64,000 nt of DNA from a virus (Duplodnaviria; Caudoviricetes): positions 1 through 64,000 of IMG/VR virus record IMGVR_UViG_3300002168_000002; one strand, given 5' to 3'. Each line of letters starts with the position of its first letter. Positions within the stretch are counted from its first letter, which is position 1. Under the pieces are notes generated by a model. It did not search any database. It had not been told where the DNA came from and saw nothing but the letters and a program-made list of their open reading frames with translations. Both the position numbers and the translations under genes were made by a program. Below, piece by piece: positions 1-10,557 of the stretch.

Positions 1-88
1 CTGTAGATATATATTCATTTAAAGTTTCTTTTAAATATTGTTCTTGTTCTTTAGTCGGAAGTATTTTAAATTTTACTGTTACTTGCAT
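1..88 (-). CDS. N-terminal fragment of a TnpB/IS200-IS605-like RNA-guided endonuclease (runs off the window)
   Basis: RBS AGGTGG then ATG at 88; translates MQVTVKFKILPTKEQEQYLKETLNEYIST, typical of a TnpB N-terminus; only 29 codons visible. Confidence 0.5.
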   Translation of the reverse strand, partial: MQVTVKFKILPTKEQEQYLKETLNEYIST

Positions 89-300
89 AACTCACCACCT
101 TTCTATACGTTTTTTTGATTTTCTATATATTTTTGTATTGTTTCTTCTGAAATATATCCTATAGTGCAATAAAAATAACTTCGTGTCCAAAGAGAAGGTA
201 TTCTACTTCTTAACTCTGGATATTTATTTCTTAATATTCTACTACTTGTTCCTTTAATTACGCCAACTCGCCCTCTGTTAAATCAATTTCTCTATAACCT

Positions 301-525
301 TTATAAATCAGATGAAGCACCCGCCTTATCTAAATACTTTGCGTATATTTTTGGAACAAAATATTTTTTATTTTTCTTTCTTTTTCTTATCACTATAAGA
401 TCGGGATACTTACCACCTCTCATTTTAAGATATTTGTTTTTAATGAGGTATTCTTTTTCTTCTTTTGTAATTCTAATCAAGTCATATATTGCTCCTTTGT
501 AAAAAATGTCATTTCTTCTATTCAT
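301..525 (-). CDS. hypothetical basic protein
   Basis: 74-aa ORF co-oriented with the RNAP operon. Confidence 0.5.
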   Translation of the reverse strand: MNRRNDIFYKGAIYDLIRITKEEKEYLIKNKYLKMRGGKYPDLIVIRKRKKNKKYFVPKIYAKYLDKAGASSDL

Positions 526-587
526 TAGTAATACTCATGTAAATTTTTAAAAATGAACTTCGATATTATCGTCATTTACAAGATTTT

Positions 588-1334
588 CTAATTGTCGGAT
601 TTTCTATTTATTCTATCCCATTCTCTTTGTTGTTCTCTTCTAATCTCTTTCCAGCACTCCCTACAATACATCTTTCTATTAGACGTAAGTTTTATTGGTG
701 CGCTACATTGTTTGCAATAATTGTATTTTTCTGGTTCGGATAAAGCTAAATAGTAATAAATTAAGTTTCTATAATTACCAATTTTAATTACTACCTTTCC
801 TTCTTCTTTTATATTTACAACATAATAATCTTTGTTTCTATATTGCTTCATACTAAGCATACCAGATTGAGTTAATAGAAAAATATTATCCCAAAACGCT
901 TTATTGTATAACTTTGTTTTTGCTAAATCCATTAAATCTTTATTAGTAATCCTAAAACTTTTTGCCCCACGGAACTTCCACACTACTAATAAAACAAACA
1001 TCATTTTTCTTTGTTCAATAGTTTCTAGCTGATTAATTAACTCTATCTCTTTATCAAATATTTCTACAATTTTATCTGTAACTAATTCATATTTCATTCC
1101 TACATTCATTGCTCTTTTTATTTTACTCTCTAATATCTTGCTATTATATAGATATTGAAATTTATCCATAAGTTTATTTAATTTTTTTTTAATTTCTTTT
1201 TCATTTAAACCTTTATATTTCCAGTATTTAACCAAAATTATATTATCGCCAGTTATGTATTTTTCATTTTTATAACCATTAGCAATAATATCTTCCGCAT
1301 ATTTTTTTTCATCAAATATTATCAATTTCAACAC
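588..1334 (-). CDS. hypothetical protein with C-terminal CxxC/CxxC zinc ribbon, coupled to the phage RNAP
   Basis: 248 aa; overlaps the RNAP stop; CKQC...CREC. Confidence 0.75.
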   Translation of the reverse strand: MLKLIIFDEKKYAEDIIANGYKNEKYITGDNIILVKYWKYKGLNEKEIKKKLNKLMDKFQYLYNSKILESKIKRAMNVGMKYELVTDKIVEIFDKEIELINQLETIEQRKMMFVLLVVWKFRGAKSFRITNKDLMDLAKTKLYNKAFWDNIFLLTQSGMLSMKQYRNKDYYVVNIKEEGKVVIKIGNYRNLIYYYLALSEPEKYNYCKQCSAPIKLTSNRKMYCRECWKEIRREQQREWDRINRKSDN

Positions 1335-4116
1335 CCTTTAATTCATAATATTTATCAAGATATTTAATTCCATTTTTACTATTAGATTCTACTGGAAAAT
1401 AAGCTATTTTATATTTGCGTTTTAAATTATCTACAATTTCTTTACCACAAATACTCCACATAATTCCTTTAGATTTTCTCTTAAAATAATTATACATAAT
1501 ATAAATCACATAGTTACATAATTCATATTTATTAAAGCAAATAGCAAATAATTCATTTTCAATTTCTTTGAATAAAATAGAGTATTCTTCGTCTATATTT
1601 TCTTCGATATCTTCATAGTAATCTTCATAATTTTCTAATGTATCTATTTCATTAGCATTAAGTTCATAAACATAATGATATTTTTTTAATACTTTTAATA
1701 TATCATTAAACATATTGCTATTTGTATCAATAACTATATCATCATTCATTAAAATACGATAATCAAATTCATATTTTTGTTTATAAAATTTTAAATCAAA
1801 ATCTATATCTTCTACATACCAACATAATTGATTCATTATAGATTTATTTACTAAAACAGGCATATATTTAAAATAGTTATTTAAAAATCTTTTTTCTTCT
1901 TTAGTTTTATTTTTCTTCTTAAATAATTCATGTAATTTACATCCGAACATAGCTCTACATATTCTTCCTGAACTTTCCTTATGTTCTTTATATTTTTTCA
2001 TTAATATTGGATAAATATAACACATAAAATAACTTTTCTTTTTCCCAGATAATCTATTTATAAACATCTTTCTTTGTTTTTCTTTACTAGAATCATTTTT
2101 CCAATTTATCTTTTCTATTCCATACCAATAAGAGGGAGGAGATATGTATAAATTTCCTTTACCTGCATCAATAGCAGATCCCTGATGAAATCTAAGTAAA
2201 TTTATTCTATAAGTTAATTCTTTATATTCTTCACTATTTTTAGAAAAACTATCCCTCAAACATATAAATGTGGTGGCGAGATTAGTAATAAAACCTATTT
2301 TTGTATTAAAACTTCTTGTATCCATAATAACTAAATTATTATAAGTTAAATTTTGTTCTTTTGTCATTGATGGTTTATATGTAATTGGTTTTAAGCTTCT
2401 ATCTACCGATTCCAGAATATAAGGATTATCTGTTGTCATTAATAAATCTCCATCTACATCACCATCTGATGCCCTCATAAGTGTTGTATCCCAACCGTTA
2501 AGAATAACTCCACTTGTAATTGTAGAATACCAATCGTTACATTTTTCATCAGAATAAACTTGAAGGACATTGTTCTCATGCGGAGAAACTAAAGGACTTC
2601 TAAATAATGCAACTTCTTTTGTGTCCTTATCAACCCATCGTTTTTGCCACAACTGTCCCTCCTTTAATAATCCTTTTGGAGTTTGTCCAAAAATATATTC
2701 ACAATATAAATATGGGTCTACCATAGCAAACTCATACGAGCCCTCTACTAAAAGTTTACCTATTTTAATTTGGTTAATCTTTTTTTGTATTGATCTATAA
2801 ATCCTATCTCTCACATATGAGTCTTTCAAAATATCTTCGCAATACATTAATGCTTTTACCATATCTATACTGGCATGATTTTCTATTTCTTTAATATCTT
2901 TATCTACTTCATGGCAACCAAGCAAATAGAGCAATACATAAATCCTTTCACCCAAACAAACATCTTTAATCCAGTCTATAGAAAAATCAGCAAGCTTCTT
3001 AATTTTTTCAGGAGTAAAAAAATTTGATTGTATATATTGATAATTTAATGCCGTTAAATTATTGTCTTTCTTTTTGTTTACCCTACTGCAACCCCAAATA
3101 TGCCCGTATTTTTCATGGTACTTTAAATACTCTTCCCATGAATCATACTTCTTCCACATCTTAAATTGTGATACGGAAAGAAGAACGTCAATATCGTCAA
3201 TATGCTTTTCGTTTCCCCACACATCTTTTATGTATTCCTTTTTAGCAACTTCTCTTGCATATCTCTTCCAATCAAAAACTACACAAAGACCCTTTATCCA
3301 GGCACTACGGATAATATAAGCAGATGGAGAATAATCGCTAATACCTAAATCCTCATTCCAGAGTTTTGCCATTTCCGTAGAAACCAAACCACTACCATCA
3401 AATACGTTTTGTTTAACGTCTATTGTACGTCTTTCAATATACCTTTCACCTTTATCATCAACATCAATCCATTCAACTTCCTGATCTGGAAGCACACATT
3501 CATAATCAGGAATTATACAAACTCTTGGAGTTCTGATGTAATTGGTTGAAGATGAATAAAGTGAAAAGTATGCTGAAAACTTGGATAGGTTTATTTTACC
3601 TATTCTCTTTTTAGTTAGACCACACATCATTATTTCTTCTAACGCATCATACAACTTTTCATTTACAAATAAAACCGTATTACGACGAAGTTGACCTGCT
3701 CCCGCACATAATCTTTTAAATGTAATCCCGTTTACTTCAAATAAATTCTTAGCAATATGTATGTAATCTTTTTTACTTGTGTTGGCATGGACAGATATTA
3801 AATCTGGAATGAAAAGAATACCATCAATTTGTTTTTGATATTGATAAATTTTTTTGCTATTCTCTAAAGATTTTTGTAAAGATTTTAAATTATTTCGATC
3901 TCTAATAATTTGTTCTAATTTATATTTTTGTTTTTCAAAATCAATCTGTTTTATATCTCTAATAAACTTTAATAACTGGTTATCTCCAATACTTACAACC
4001 CAACCTCTTTTTTTTGCTTCGTTAAGAGATATATTTATCTTTAAATTATTTTCAAGAATCGTATTGACATTAAGTTTTAGTATGTAAAATAAATCCATTT
4101 TTTTAGCCAATATCAA
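1312..4116 (-). CDS. yonO: YonO-like single-subunit RNA polymerase (two-barrel, eukaryotic RdRP-like)
   Basis: 934 aa; catalytic DxDGD motif (ASDGDVDGD), FRSP upstream, FDGSG, IGFITN, QGSAIDAGKG. Confidence 0.88.
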   Translation of the reverse strand: MILAKKMDLFYILKLNVNTILENNLKINISLNEAKKRGWVVSIGDNQLLKFIRDIKQIDFEKQKYKLEQIIRDRNNLKSLQKSLENSKKIYQYQKQIDGILFIPDLISVHANTSKKDYIHIAKNLFEVNGITFKRLCAGAGQLRRNTVLFVNEKLYDALEEIMMCGLTKKRIGKINLSKFSAYFSLYSSSTNYIRTPRVCIIPDYECVLPDQEVEWIDVDDKGERYIERRTIDVKQNVFDGSGLVSTEMAKLWNEDLGISDYSPSAYIIRSAWIKGLCVVFDWKRYAREVAKKEYIKDVWGNEKHIDDIDVLLSVSQFKMWKKYDSWEEYLKYHEKYGHIWGCSRVNKKKDNNLTALNYQYIQSNFFTPEKIKKLADFSIDWIKDVCLGERIYVLLYLLGCHEVDKDIKEIENHASIDMVKALMYCEDILKDSYVRDRIYRSIQKKINQIKIGKLLVEGSYEFAMVDPYLYCEYIFGQTPKGLLKEGQLWQKRWVDKDTKEVALFRSPLVSPHENNVLQVYSDEKCNDWYSTITSGVILNGWDTTLMRASDGDVDGDLLMTTDNPYILESVDRSLKPITYKPSMTKEQNLTYNNLVIMDTRSFNTKIGFITNLATTFICLRDSFSKNSEEYKELTYRINLLRFHQGSAIDAGKGNLYISPPSYWYGIEKINWKNDSSKEKQRKMFINRLSGKKKSYFMCYIYPILMKKYKEHKESSGRICRAMFGCKLHELFKKKNKTKEEKRFLNNYFKYMPVLVNKSIMNQLCWYVEDIDFDLKFYKQKYEFDYRILMNDDIVIDTNSNMFNDILKVLKKYHYVYELNANEIDTLENYEDYYEDIEENIDEEYSILFKEIENELFAICFNKYELCNYVIYIMYNYFKRKSKGIMWSICGKEIVDNLKRKYKIAYFPVESNSKNGIKYLDKYYELKGVEIDNI

Positions 4117-4201
4117 ACATCACACTCCTTTTATATTTGTAATTTATTAATTCTTTCTTCAGCAATTTTACAATATTCTTTGCTGATATGTAATTATTTT
4201 A

Positions 4202-4399
4202 TCACTCCTCCATAATCCATTCTTTATATCTACAATCCATTTCTTTTCTTATTTCCGCATAGAAATCTCTTCTACAACCAACACTACAAAATTTTCTCCC
4301 CACACTATCCCGCACCACTTTATCACCCAACACAGACAAACATTTGCTACAATGCTGTATAGAATTGTTCATAATCTCTTCCACCCATTGTTTCGACAT
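4202..4399 (-). CDS. small zinc-binding protein (CxxC...FCSxxC)
   Basis: CSKC and FCSVGC motifs. Confidence 0.5.
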   Translation of the reverse strand: MSKQWVEEIMNNSIQHCSKCLSVLGDKVVRDSVGRKFCSVGCRRDFYAEIRKEMDCRYKEWIMEE

Positions 4400-4721
4400 A
4401 TAGTGTAAATTCTAAATTATTTTCAGTATTATCAAAAAGTTTTTTTTCTAAATTATTACCAAGAATATGATAGGAAATAATTCCATCGCTATCTATTCTC
4501 TTATATAAACCGCCTTCTTCATTGAAAATAACTTTACAACCTTTCATTATGCAAAGATTGATGTAATGGGATTTAGGGGAGTAATATATTTTATCAAGCA
4601 ATTTAGATAGGTTAAATTTTTCTTTTGAAGTATGTATTTCATAATGTCCGTTATCATTATACTTTAATGTTCCTTTTATTGTTTTTATTATTTTTCTCAA
4701 ACTTATCACTTTCCTTTCCAT
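4347..4721 (-). CDS. hypothetical protein
   Basis: 124-aa ORF in the minus-strand gene run. Confidence 0.65.
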   Translation of the reverse strand: MERKVISLRKIIKTIKGTLKYNDNGHYEIHTSKEKFNLSKLLDKIYYSPKSHYINLCIMKGCKVIFNEEGGLYKRIDSDGIISYHILGNNLEKKLFDNTENNLEFTLYVETMGGRDYEQFYTAL

Positions 4722-4786
4722 ATTTTAAAATCAACCAACCAATAGGCGTAATTTTATTTTTGTAAACTAAATATTTTTTCATCATA

Positions 4787-5089
4787 TTATTCACCCTTTT
4801 TACGTTTGATTTTTTTCATACGCTCGCCGACAGCCTGTTTTTGTTCTTCAGTTAACTTACGTGAGCTTGGTTTTCTTATTGTTACAAGTTTTTTAGGAAA
4901 CTCATATTCACGCCCTTCCAAAATACCATCAATATAAATGTCGTTGACCCTTTTATATTCTTTGGGATAATCTTTACAATACTTATCCAACTGCTTTATT
5001 AAAGTTTTGTTATAAGTTATTAATTCACAAATTTGTGTGCTGTTATTCCAGCCCATACAAGTCTCTCTTTCAAATGATTCTAATGCCAT
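4787..5089 (-). CDS. hypothetical phage protein
   Basis: 100 aa; RBS AAAGGA; own sigmaA promoter. Confidence 0.75.
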   Translation of the reverse strand: MALESFERETCMGWNNSTQICELITYNKTLIKQLDKYCKDYPKEYKRVNDIYIDGILEGREYEFPKKLVTIRKPSSRKLTEEQKQAVGERMKKIKRKKGE

Positions 5090-5123
5090 AAGATCATCCT
5101 TTCGCTATTATTTTTGTAATTTG

Positions 5124-5152
5124 ATTATACCATAAAAGGCAAGAATTGTCAA
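5124..5152 (-). promoter_or_regulatory. sigmaA promoter
   Basis: TTGACA-N17-TATAAT with extended TG. Confidence 0.8.
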
Positions 5153-5194
5153 TAATAATTAGGTTAGTAATCTATATATTCCTATTACTATATA

Positions 5195-6664
5195 TTACAA
5201 ATTCTCTATCTTTATTTTACTTTCATCAAAATCAATAACTAATTTATATGTACGTCTTATTTTGTTAATAATTCCTCTATTAGTTTCTATAGTATAACCC
5301 AATGTATTTTCCATTAAGTTAATAACTTTTTGAAATGTTATTCTTGACGGATATAATTTTAATAACTTGCATTTTATTACCATATCAATAATTTCTTTTT
5401 TATGTTCATCTTTATATATCTTGTATTTATTTAATTCATCCAGATGAGTTCCTTTTGGCACAAGCCATTTACTGTTTATGTAGTTTATAAATTTTTTTTC
5501 ATCATGTGTTAATATAAACCTAATAGTTTTATATACATCATGTTCTATTAAGAAAGAAATGCTATCAAACCATGATATATTTTCTTTATTTTTCATATAT
5601 GTTTTAAAATTTTTTCTACATTGGTTAAGATAACTTTTATTAATGTTATCAGCATTTATGTATGTATCAGCTACAATTAAATTATCAATACTATATCTAC
5701 ATCTTCCAACAAACTGAATAATATGTAATTCGTCCGAAAAACAAGATACTATATTTCTAACACCACTATTTTTTCTTAAATTAACTCCTTCTCTTAAAGT
5801 GCTTGTTACTATAAGCACATTTAGTTCCTTTTCTACGCCATCATCATCCATAAAAGTATCTGGCAAGGATTCATATTTAATTATATGCTGTCTTACTTTA
5901 TTCATTTCTTTGGTAAACTTTTTATTACTTTTGCTGGTAAGAATAAATGAATTAGGTATTCTTTCTTTTAATTTTAAACATTGGTTATAAGAATAACACA
6001 TTATCATAGTTTTGCCTTCAATTTGAGTAGTTACTATATAAGGAATTGTATCAAAATCCGTACAATGTAACTGCTTAACTTTATAATTAACCAAAACTTC
6101 ATCATTAAGTTTATTTATACTTACTCCCCATTCTTTTTGGTAATATTCAATAATGTTCGGAGTAGCGGTTAAACCAATAAATATTTTATTACCAATATAT
6201 AAATTATCTCTAATCCATACTTTAAGCATTTCCATATCTTTAATAAAATTGGCATCACTAAATAAAGTGTGGCATTCATCAAATATAATAACTTTTACTT
6301 TATTTAAAGTTTCTAATCCTTCAATATTTTTCTTTAATAATATATTTATAATTTTATCATACGTCATTATTTGAATACCTTTTTTTTCAAGTATATATGT
6401 AGAATCTATTTGCCCATTCCAATACTTAATAAAAAGTGAATTTTTAGTATCATATTTAGAAATTCCTTCTACTTTACTTTGTTGTTCCACTATAAGAGAA
6501 CGAGATGCTACAAAAAGTATCTCATATGATTTAATATGTGGCAATTGGTTTTTAAATTCATTAGCTATAAACCAAGTCTTGCCTGTTCCTGTTCCAGAAC
6601 TAATAATATTAAAATTTCTTTTATTAATCAAAGATAAATCCACATACTTTGAAATATATTCCAT
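5195..6664 (-). CDS. superfamily 2 helicase (DExH)
   Basis: Walker A SGTGTGKT, FDECH, LTAT, REGVN, QFVGRCR. Confidence 0.85.
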   Translation of the reverse strand: MEYISKYVDLSLINKRNFNIISSGTGTGKTWFIANEFKNQLPHIKSYEILFVASRSLIVEQQSKVEGISKYDTKNSLFIKYWNGQIDSTYILEKKGIQIMTYDKIINILLKKNIEGLETLNKVKVIIFDECHTLFSDANFIKDMEMLKVWIRDNLYIGNKIFIGLTATPNIIEYYQKEWGVSINKLNDEVLVNYKVKQLHCTDFDTIPYIVTTQIEGKTMIMCYSYNQCLKLKERIPNSFILTSKSNKKFTKEMNKVRQHIIKYESLPDTFMDDDGVEKELNVLIVTSTLREGVNLRKNSGVRNIVSCFSDELHIIQFVGRCRYSIDNLIVADTYINADNINKSYLNQCRKNFKTYMKNKENISWFDSISFLIEHDVYKTIRFILTHDEKKFINYINSKWLVPKGTHLDELNKYKIYKDEHKKEIIDMVIKCKLLKLYPSRITFQKVINLMENTLGYTIETNRGIINKIRRTYKLVIDFDESKIKIENL

Positions 6665-6808
6665 AAATTACCTCCTCTGAAATTCCTTGCACTGCATAAA
6701 TAAGATATTGCATTTTTTCATGTGCCAAAAACCTGAATTCCCATCTATTGGGACTGTCAACTTTTTGGCTAGTAAAATCACCTCCAAAAATATTATTATC
6801 CACTTTTA

Positions 6809-6837
6809 ATTATATCACATAATATATTATTTGTCAA
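6809..6837 (-). promoter_or_regulatory. sigmaA promoter
   Basis: TTGACA-N17-TATAAT with TG. Confidence 0.8.
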
Positions 6838-6877
6838 TATTTTTATATTAGTAATCTAATTAAAAAAAAAGAAGAAG

Positions 6878-7714
6878 CTAGCAAAAACAAGCTTCTTTCA
6901 TATTCAATTTTTCCCGCATAGCGTCTCTCGTAGGATGTGTATAAACTAGCACAGTATTTAAATTACTATGCCCCAACTGTTCCTGTAATTGCCTTATATT
7001 TAAAATACCTTTTTCCAAAGCGTTAGTAGCAAATAAATGTCGTAAACTATGGGGGGTTATATCGCTACTATATTTATTAAATACACTTTCTATTGCCCTT
7101 GGCACAAGTTTTTCGCCTTTATTGCTAACAAAAAGATATTCAGATATACCGGCATATTTATATTTATCTCTATGATTTTTTAAATATTCCTCAATCGCAT
7201 TAATTGCAGGTTGATTTACAGTTATTTCACGTTGCTTGCTACCTTTTCCTCTAGAAACAATAATTTCTCCTCTGGTTAAATTTTTTAAGTCCTTTAATTT
7301 AATTGATAGTGCTTCGCTAATTCTTAAGCCAGTATTAGCAATAAGTACAACTATAGCATAATTACGAAAAGGTTCATTGCGTTTGATTTTATTGATAAAT
7401 TGCTTGAGGTCTTTTTTGGTTATAGTAGTAGGAGAAGAAAAAGATTTTTGAATAGAAATATAGTCTTGTGATTTAATTATATTACCAACTCCAAGAAAGT
7501 TACTATATTGTTTTAAAGAAGATAACGTACGGTTTATAGTTTTAGCATTAATATTTTTAGATTCTAACTGAGACTTATAAGACAGTACATTTTTCCTGTT
7601 AAATTCACCAAAACATACAAAAAAGTTTTTTAAATCATTGGTATAATTTTTAATTGTGTTGTCAGACTTTCCTTCATCTTTGAGATAATTGATAAAATCC
7701 TGCATTGTGAACAC
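6878..7714 (-). CDS. tyrosine recombinase (XerC/D-like)
   Basis: SAM-like N-terminus; TGLRISE, GKGSKQR, HSLRH, LGHS, catalytic Tyr in VYTH. Confidence 0.92.
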   Translation of the reverse strand: MFTMQDFINYLKDEGKSDNTIKNYTNDLKNFFVCFGEFNRKNVLSYKSQLESKNINAKTINRTLSSLKQYSNFLGVGNIIKSQDYISIQKSFSSPTTITKKDLKQFINKIKRNEPFRNYAIVVLIANTGLRISEALSIKLKDLKNLTRGEIIVSRGKGSKQREITVNQPAINAIEEYLKNHRDKYKYAGISEYLFVSNKGEKLVPRAIESVFNKYSSDITPHSLRHLFATNALEKGILNIRQLQEQLGHSNLNTVLVYTHPTRDAMREKLNMKEACFC

Positions 7715-7736
7715 TCCTTATAAGATTGATAATATA

Positions 7737-7765
7737 ATTATACGATATAATTTAGAATTTGTCAA
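7737..7765 (-). promoter_or_regulatory. sigmaA promoter of the recombinase
   Basis: TTGACA-N17-TATAAT. Confidence 0.75.
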
Positions 7766-8474
7766 GCACTTCTTTTATATCATAAACTTTAAACTCCAGT
7801 CCATACTTATTTTCCACAATAATTTTATTTCTAACCGTCGTGATCCTATGAGTAAGGATTAAAACTTCAGGGAATCTATCAGCTATTTTATACCAATCTT
7901 TTGTTGTATATAGCTCATTAGCATATAACTGATTATATTTTTTAATCTTATCAAAAGCATTATTGGACAAATCAGTTTCAATAAATATAAATCTATATTT
8001 ATTAGTAAAAGGATTCTTTATAGTGACAAATCCATCAGAACGTAAAATGCCGTAATCGTCCTCAACGGAAAATCCAACAATCTGTTCAAATTTGTCTAAG
8101 AGATAAAGTTTAATAAAAATATATCCCCAATTGGTCATTATTCTATGTTCAACAAATTTGAGTTTCTTATCTATATAATAAACGTAAGGCGAATCTTTAA
8201 TAACTTTAACCTTTTTTCTTTTAACCAAAGACTTCATTCTTCTTTGAACAATCCTGTACCCTGAAGTTTGGTGCAATGCTATTAAAGCATAAATCTGTTT
8301 AGTGTTCAAGACACCAAAATAATCAATATACTCAATTATAGTATTATCTCGGAGGAAGCATTTTTTTTGGTTGTTCAAGGACGACTTCTCGTCTCCCATA
8401 CACACCACCTTCCTCCAACAAATTATTAATCTTTTCCAATTTAACATACATAGTTTGAACTTCAGCCTCAACAT
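7752..8474 (-). CDS. replication-relaxation (Replic_Relax) family protein; true start probably near 8399
   Basis: RD...LNTKQI, EH, LRSDG, FIETD, KIKKY, FP motifs; directly downstream of FtsK. Confidence 0.75.
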   Translation of the reverse strand: MLRLKFKLCMLNWKRLIICWRKVVCMGDEKSSLNNQKKCFLRDNTIIEYIDYFGVLNTKQIYALIALHQTSGYRIVQRRMKSLVKRKKVKVIKDSPYVYYIDKKLKFVEHRIMTNWGYIFIKLYLLDKFEQIVGFSVEDDYGILRSDGFVTIKNPFTNKYRFIFIETDLSNNAFDKIKKYNQLYANELYTTKDWYKIADRFPEVLILTHRITTVRNKIIVENKYGLEFKVYDIKEVLDKF

Positions 8475-9537
8475 CCCATTGAAATATACATCTGCCTTGT
8501 ATTTTTGGTAAATCTAAACCCCTGGTATTGTTTAATATCATTTGTGAATCATCCCCACTACGCACATTAAAACATATCCTTGCATCCATAAGAGATCTAA
8601 GCTCCGTAAAGTTACCAGACCTGAAAGTTTTAGAAGAAGGTTTTTGAGTAGCAATAATAGTAATAAATCCAAAACCTCCCCCAAGTCTGGGGATTCTATT
8701 GAGAAGATATTGAATATCTTTATTCTGAATTTCTGTAACTTCATCAGCAAATACAATAATAAAAGGAGGGCGTATAGTAGTTGGCATATCATGAATTTTA
8801 ACATATTTACCCCTAATTAATTTTTTTCTTCTATCTAATTCATGATTCAATTTTTGAAGAACAAACATAGTTTCATCATCATTAGTAGCGAGAATACCAT
8901 ATTTATTCAAATACATGGCATATTCAGATTCTTTATAGTCAATACCAACTACTATACAACTATCATTTCTGGCAAGCAGTAAAGAAGTAATTATATTATG
9001 AATCATATTGGACTTGCCACTTCTAGGAATACCGCCTATGAGAATAGAATACATTCTGGCTAAATCTTTAACAATTAATTCTTTAGTAGAATAACCAATA
9101 GGAATCGGCAGAAGCATATCGCCATATTCACCATAATTAAAACGGTATGGGTAATTAGATTCTAACCTTTTAGAAAACACTTCCAGAGTAAAAGAATTGC
9201 CTCTCCTATTAATAATAACTTCACCATTTATGGCATCCTTAAAATACATTTCTTTTTCTTTAAAATCCCTGTAAGAGATTACTCCAGGCGGTAAGTGGAT
9301 GACAAAAACAAATTCAGTATTTTCCTTATTTCGCTCAACTTTAACTATTAGAGGTTTTAATTCATAATCACTCCACAAATTATCAATAACGTACTTAACT
9401 ATATTGGGGATTTTATTCTTGTTAGGAATAGTAAAATTTGTAAAGGGTAATGGAATATCATCTCTAAGTTTTATGAGTTGGGATAATGATTTAATTAAAT
9501 CACTATAGTCTTCTTTCTTTTTAGGCAACAAAATCAC
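8344..9537 (-). CDS. FtsK/SpoIIIE-family ATPase
   Basis: GIPRSGKS Walker A, IDYK, ELDRR, FADEV Walker B, ATQKP, GR. Confidence 0.88.
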   Translation of the reverse strand: MILLPKKKEDYSDLIKSLSQLIKLRDDIPLPFTNFTIPNKNKIPNIVKYVIDNLWSDYELKPLIVKVERNKENTEFVFVIHLPPGVISYRDFKEKEMYFKDAINGEVIINRRGNSFTLEVFSKRLESNYPYRFNYGEYGDMLLPIPIGYSTKELIVKDLARMYSILIGGIPRSGKSNMIHNIITSLLLARNDSCIVVGIDYKESEYAMYLNKYGILATNDDETMFVLQKLNHELDRRKKLIRGKYVKIHDMPTTIRPPFIIVFADEVTEIQNKDIQYLLNRIPRLGGGFGFITIIATQKPSSKTFRSGNFTELRSLMDARICFNVRSGDDSQMILNNTRGLDLPKIQGRCIFQWDVEAEVQTMYVKLEKINNLLEEGGVYGRREVVLEQPKKMLPPR

Positions 9538-9540
9538 CCT

Positions 9541-9744
9541 CTATTTAGGAATAGAATTAAGAACATTTATTGCTGTTTGAATACCCCTGATAATTAAAGT
9601 GCCAATTGATATAAAAACAGTAACCGCCACAGCTAAATCTATTATTGGCTTATATCTGGCTTGGTTAAACCATTCTAACATCATTTTAGCAACAAACCCC
9701 GTAGCCACAGCTCCAATAATAGTCCAGAGTAAAGGTTGAGACAT
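9541..9744 (-). CDS. small two-TM membrane protein (SpoIIIAC-like size and topology)
   Basis: 67 aa, two hydrophobic stretches. Confidence 0.65.
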   Translation of the reverse strand: MSQPLLWTIIGAVATGFVAKMMLEWFNQARYKPIIDLAVAVTVFISIGTLIIRGIQTAINVLNSIPK

Positions 9745-9758
9745 TTTTATATACCCCC

Positions 9759-10169
9759 TTAATTTCCAAACAATTTAAATTTAGAAATTCTATCTAACGC
9801 ATCGGTAAACTTAATAAGAATTGCCCATAAATTAATACCAAAAATAACCAATATTGATATTCCGTTAAGATAAGCAACTTTTTTAAGCAGAGAACCTACT
9901 TGAGAATCAAAGAATGATACGAACATACTGAGAACATAAAGAGTTAAGCAGGAATAAATAAGCTCTTTTAAAGTTTGGTCAAAATCATCTCCCGATTGGC
10001 ATCCAGTAGATAATACTAATAATGAGATTAATAATATAATAATAACCCTATTTCTTTTTGATATATTTGCTGTAAAAGTCTTTGAGTTTTTCATTGACGG
10101 TATTATTTTTCTTGTGGAATTTGTTAATGCTGTCAAATATTTTGTCCAGATACCTTTGATCAACTTCAC
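9759..10169 (-). CDS. membrane protein / possible lipoprotein
   Basis: hydrophobic stretch ending LSTGC plus two further TM segments. Confidence 0.65.
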   Translation of the reverse strand: MKLIKGIWTKYLTALTNSTRKIIPSMKNSKTFTANISKRNRVIIILLISLLVLSTGCQSGDDFDQTLKELIYSCLTLYVLSMFVSFFDSQVGSLLKKVAYLNGISILVIFGINLWAILIKFTDALDRISKFKLFGN

Positions 10170-10557
10170 TTATTTCACCACCATTCATGTTTCGCTCATA
10201 GATAAGTGTAGTACCTTTAGTTTTATCATCTTTAAAAATAATTTTAATTTTACCGGGTTTTGGGTTCTCAGGAGTGGTATATTCAGTAACCAATTCAGAT
10301 TCAGTAAGATTATCTTTATTCTTTTGTTTTTTATACTCTTTTTGTTTAGTAATAATATTTTCATTTTCCATTTCAAATATAATATAAGCTTCCTTATTAT
10401 CTATTTTGGCAATATAAACTCTTTCCTTATCCCATGACTTAATTTCTACACCAGAATTGTTTACCAGGAATGGGTTATATAGAGAAAGCGTAAAAATTGC
10501 TAAAATTATTATTTGAGTAGTAACTCTTACAACAATAACCAACGGCATAAAACTCAC
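10048..10557 (-). CDS. membrane-anchored hypothetical protein
   Basis: N-terminal hydrophobic segment, 169 aa. Confidence 0.6.
   Translation of the reverse strand: MSFMPLVIVVRVTTQIIILAIFTLSLYNPFLVNNSGVEIKSWDKERVYIAKIDNKEAYIIFEMENENIITKQKEYKKQKNKDNLTESELVTEYTTPENPKPGKIKIIFKDDKTKGTTLIYERNMNGGEISEVDQRYLDKIFDSINKFHKKNNTVNEKLKDFYSKYIKKK

Noticed and set aside
2570-6374. Plus-strand ORFs inside the RNAP and helicase genes, and similar antisense or out-of-frame ORFs across the window
   Set aside because: Shadow ORFs of well-supported genes, with no RBS or recognisable motifs
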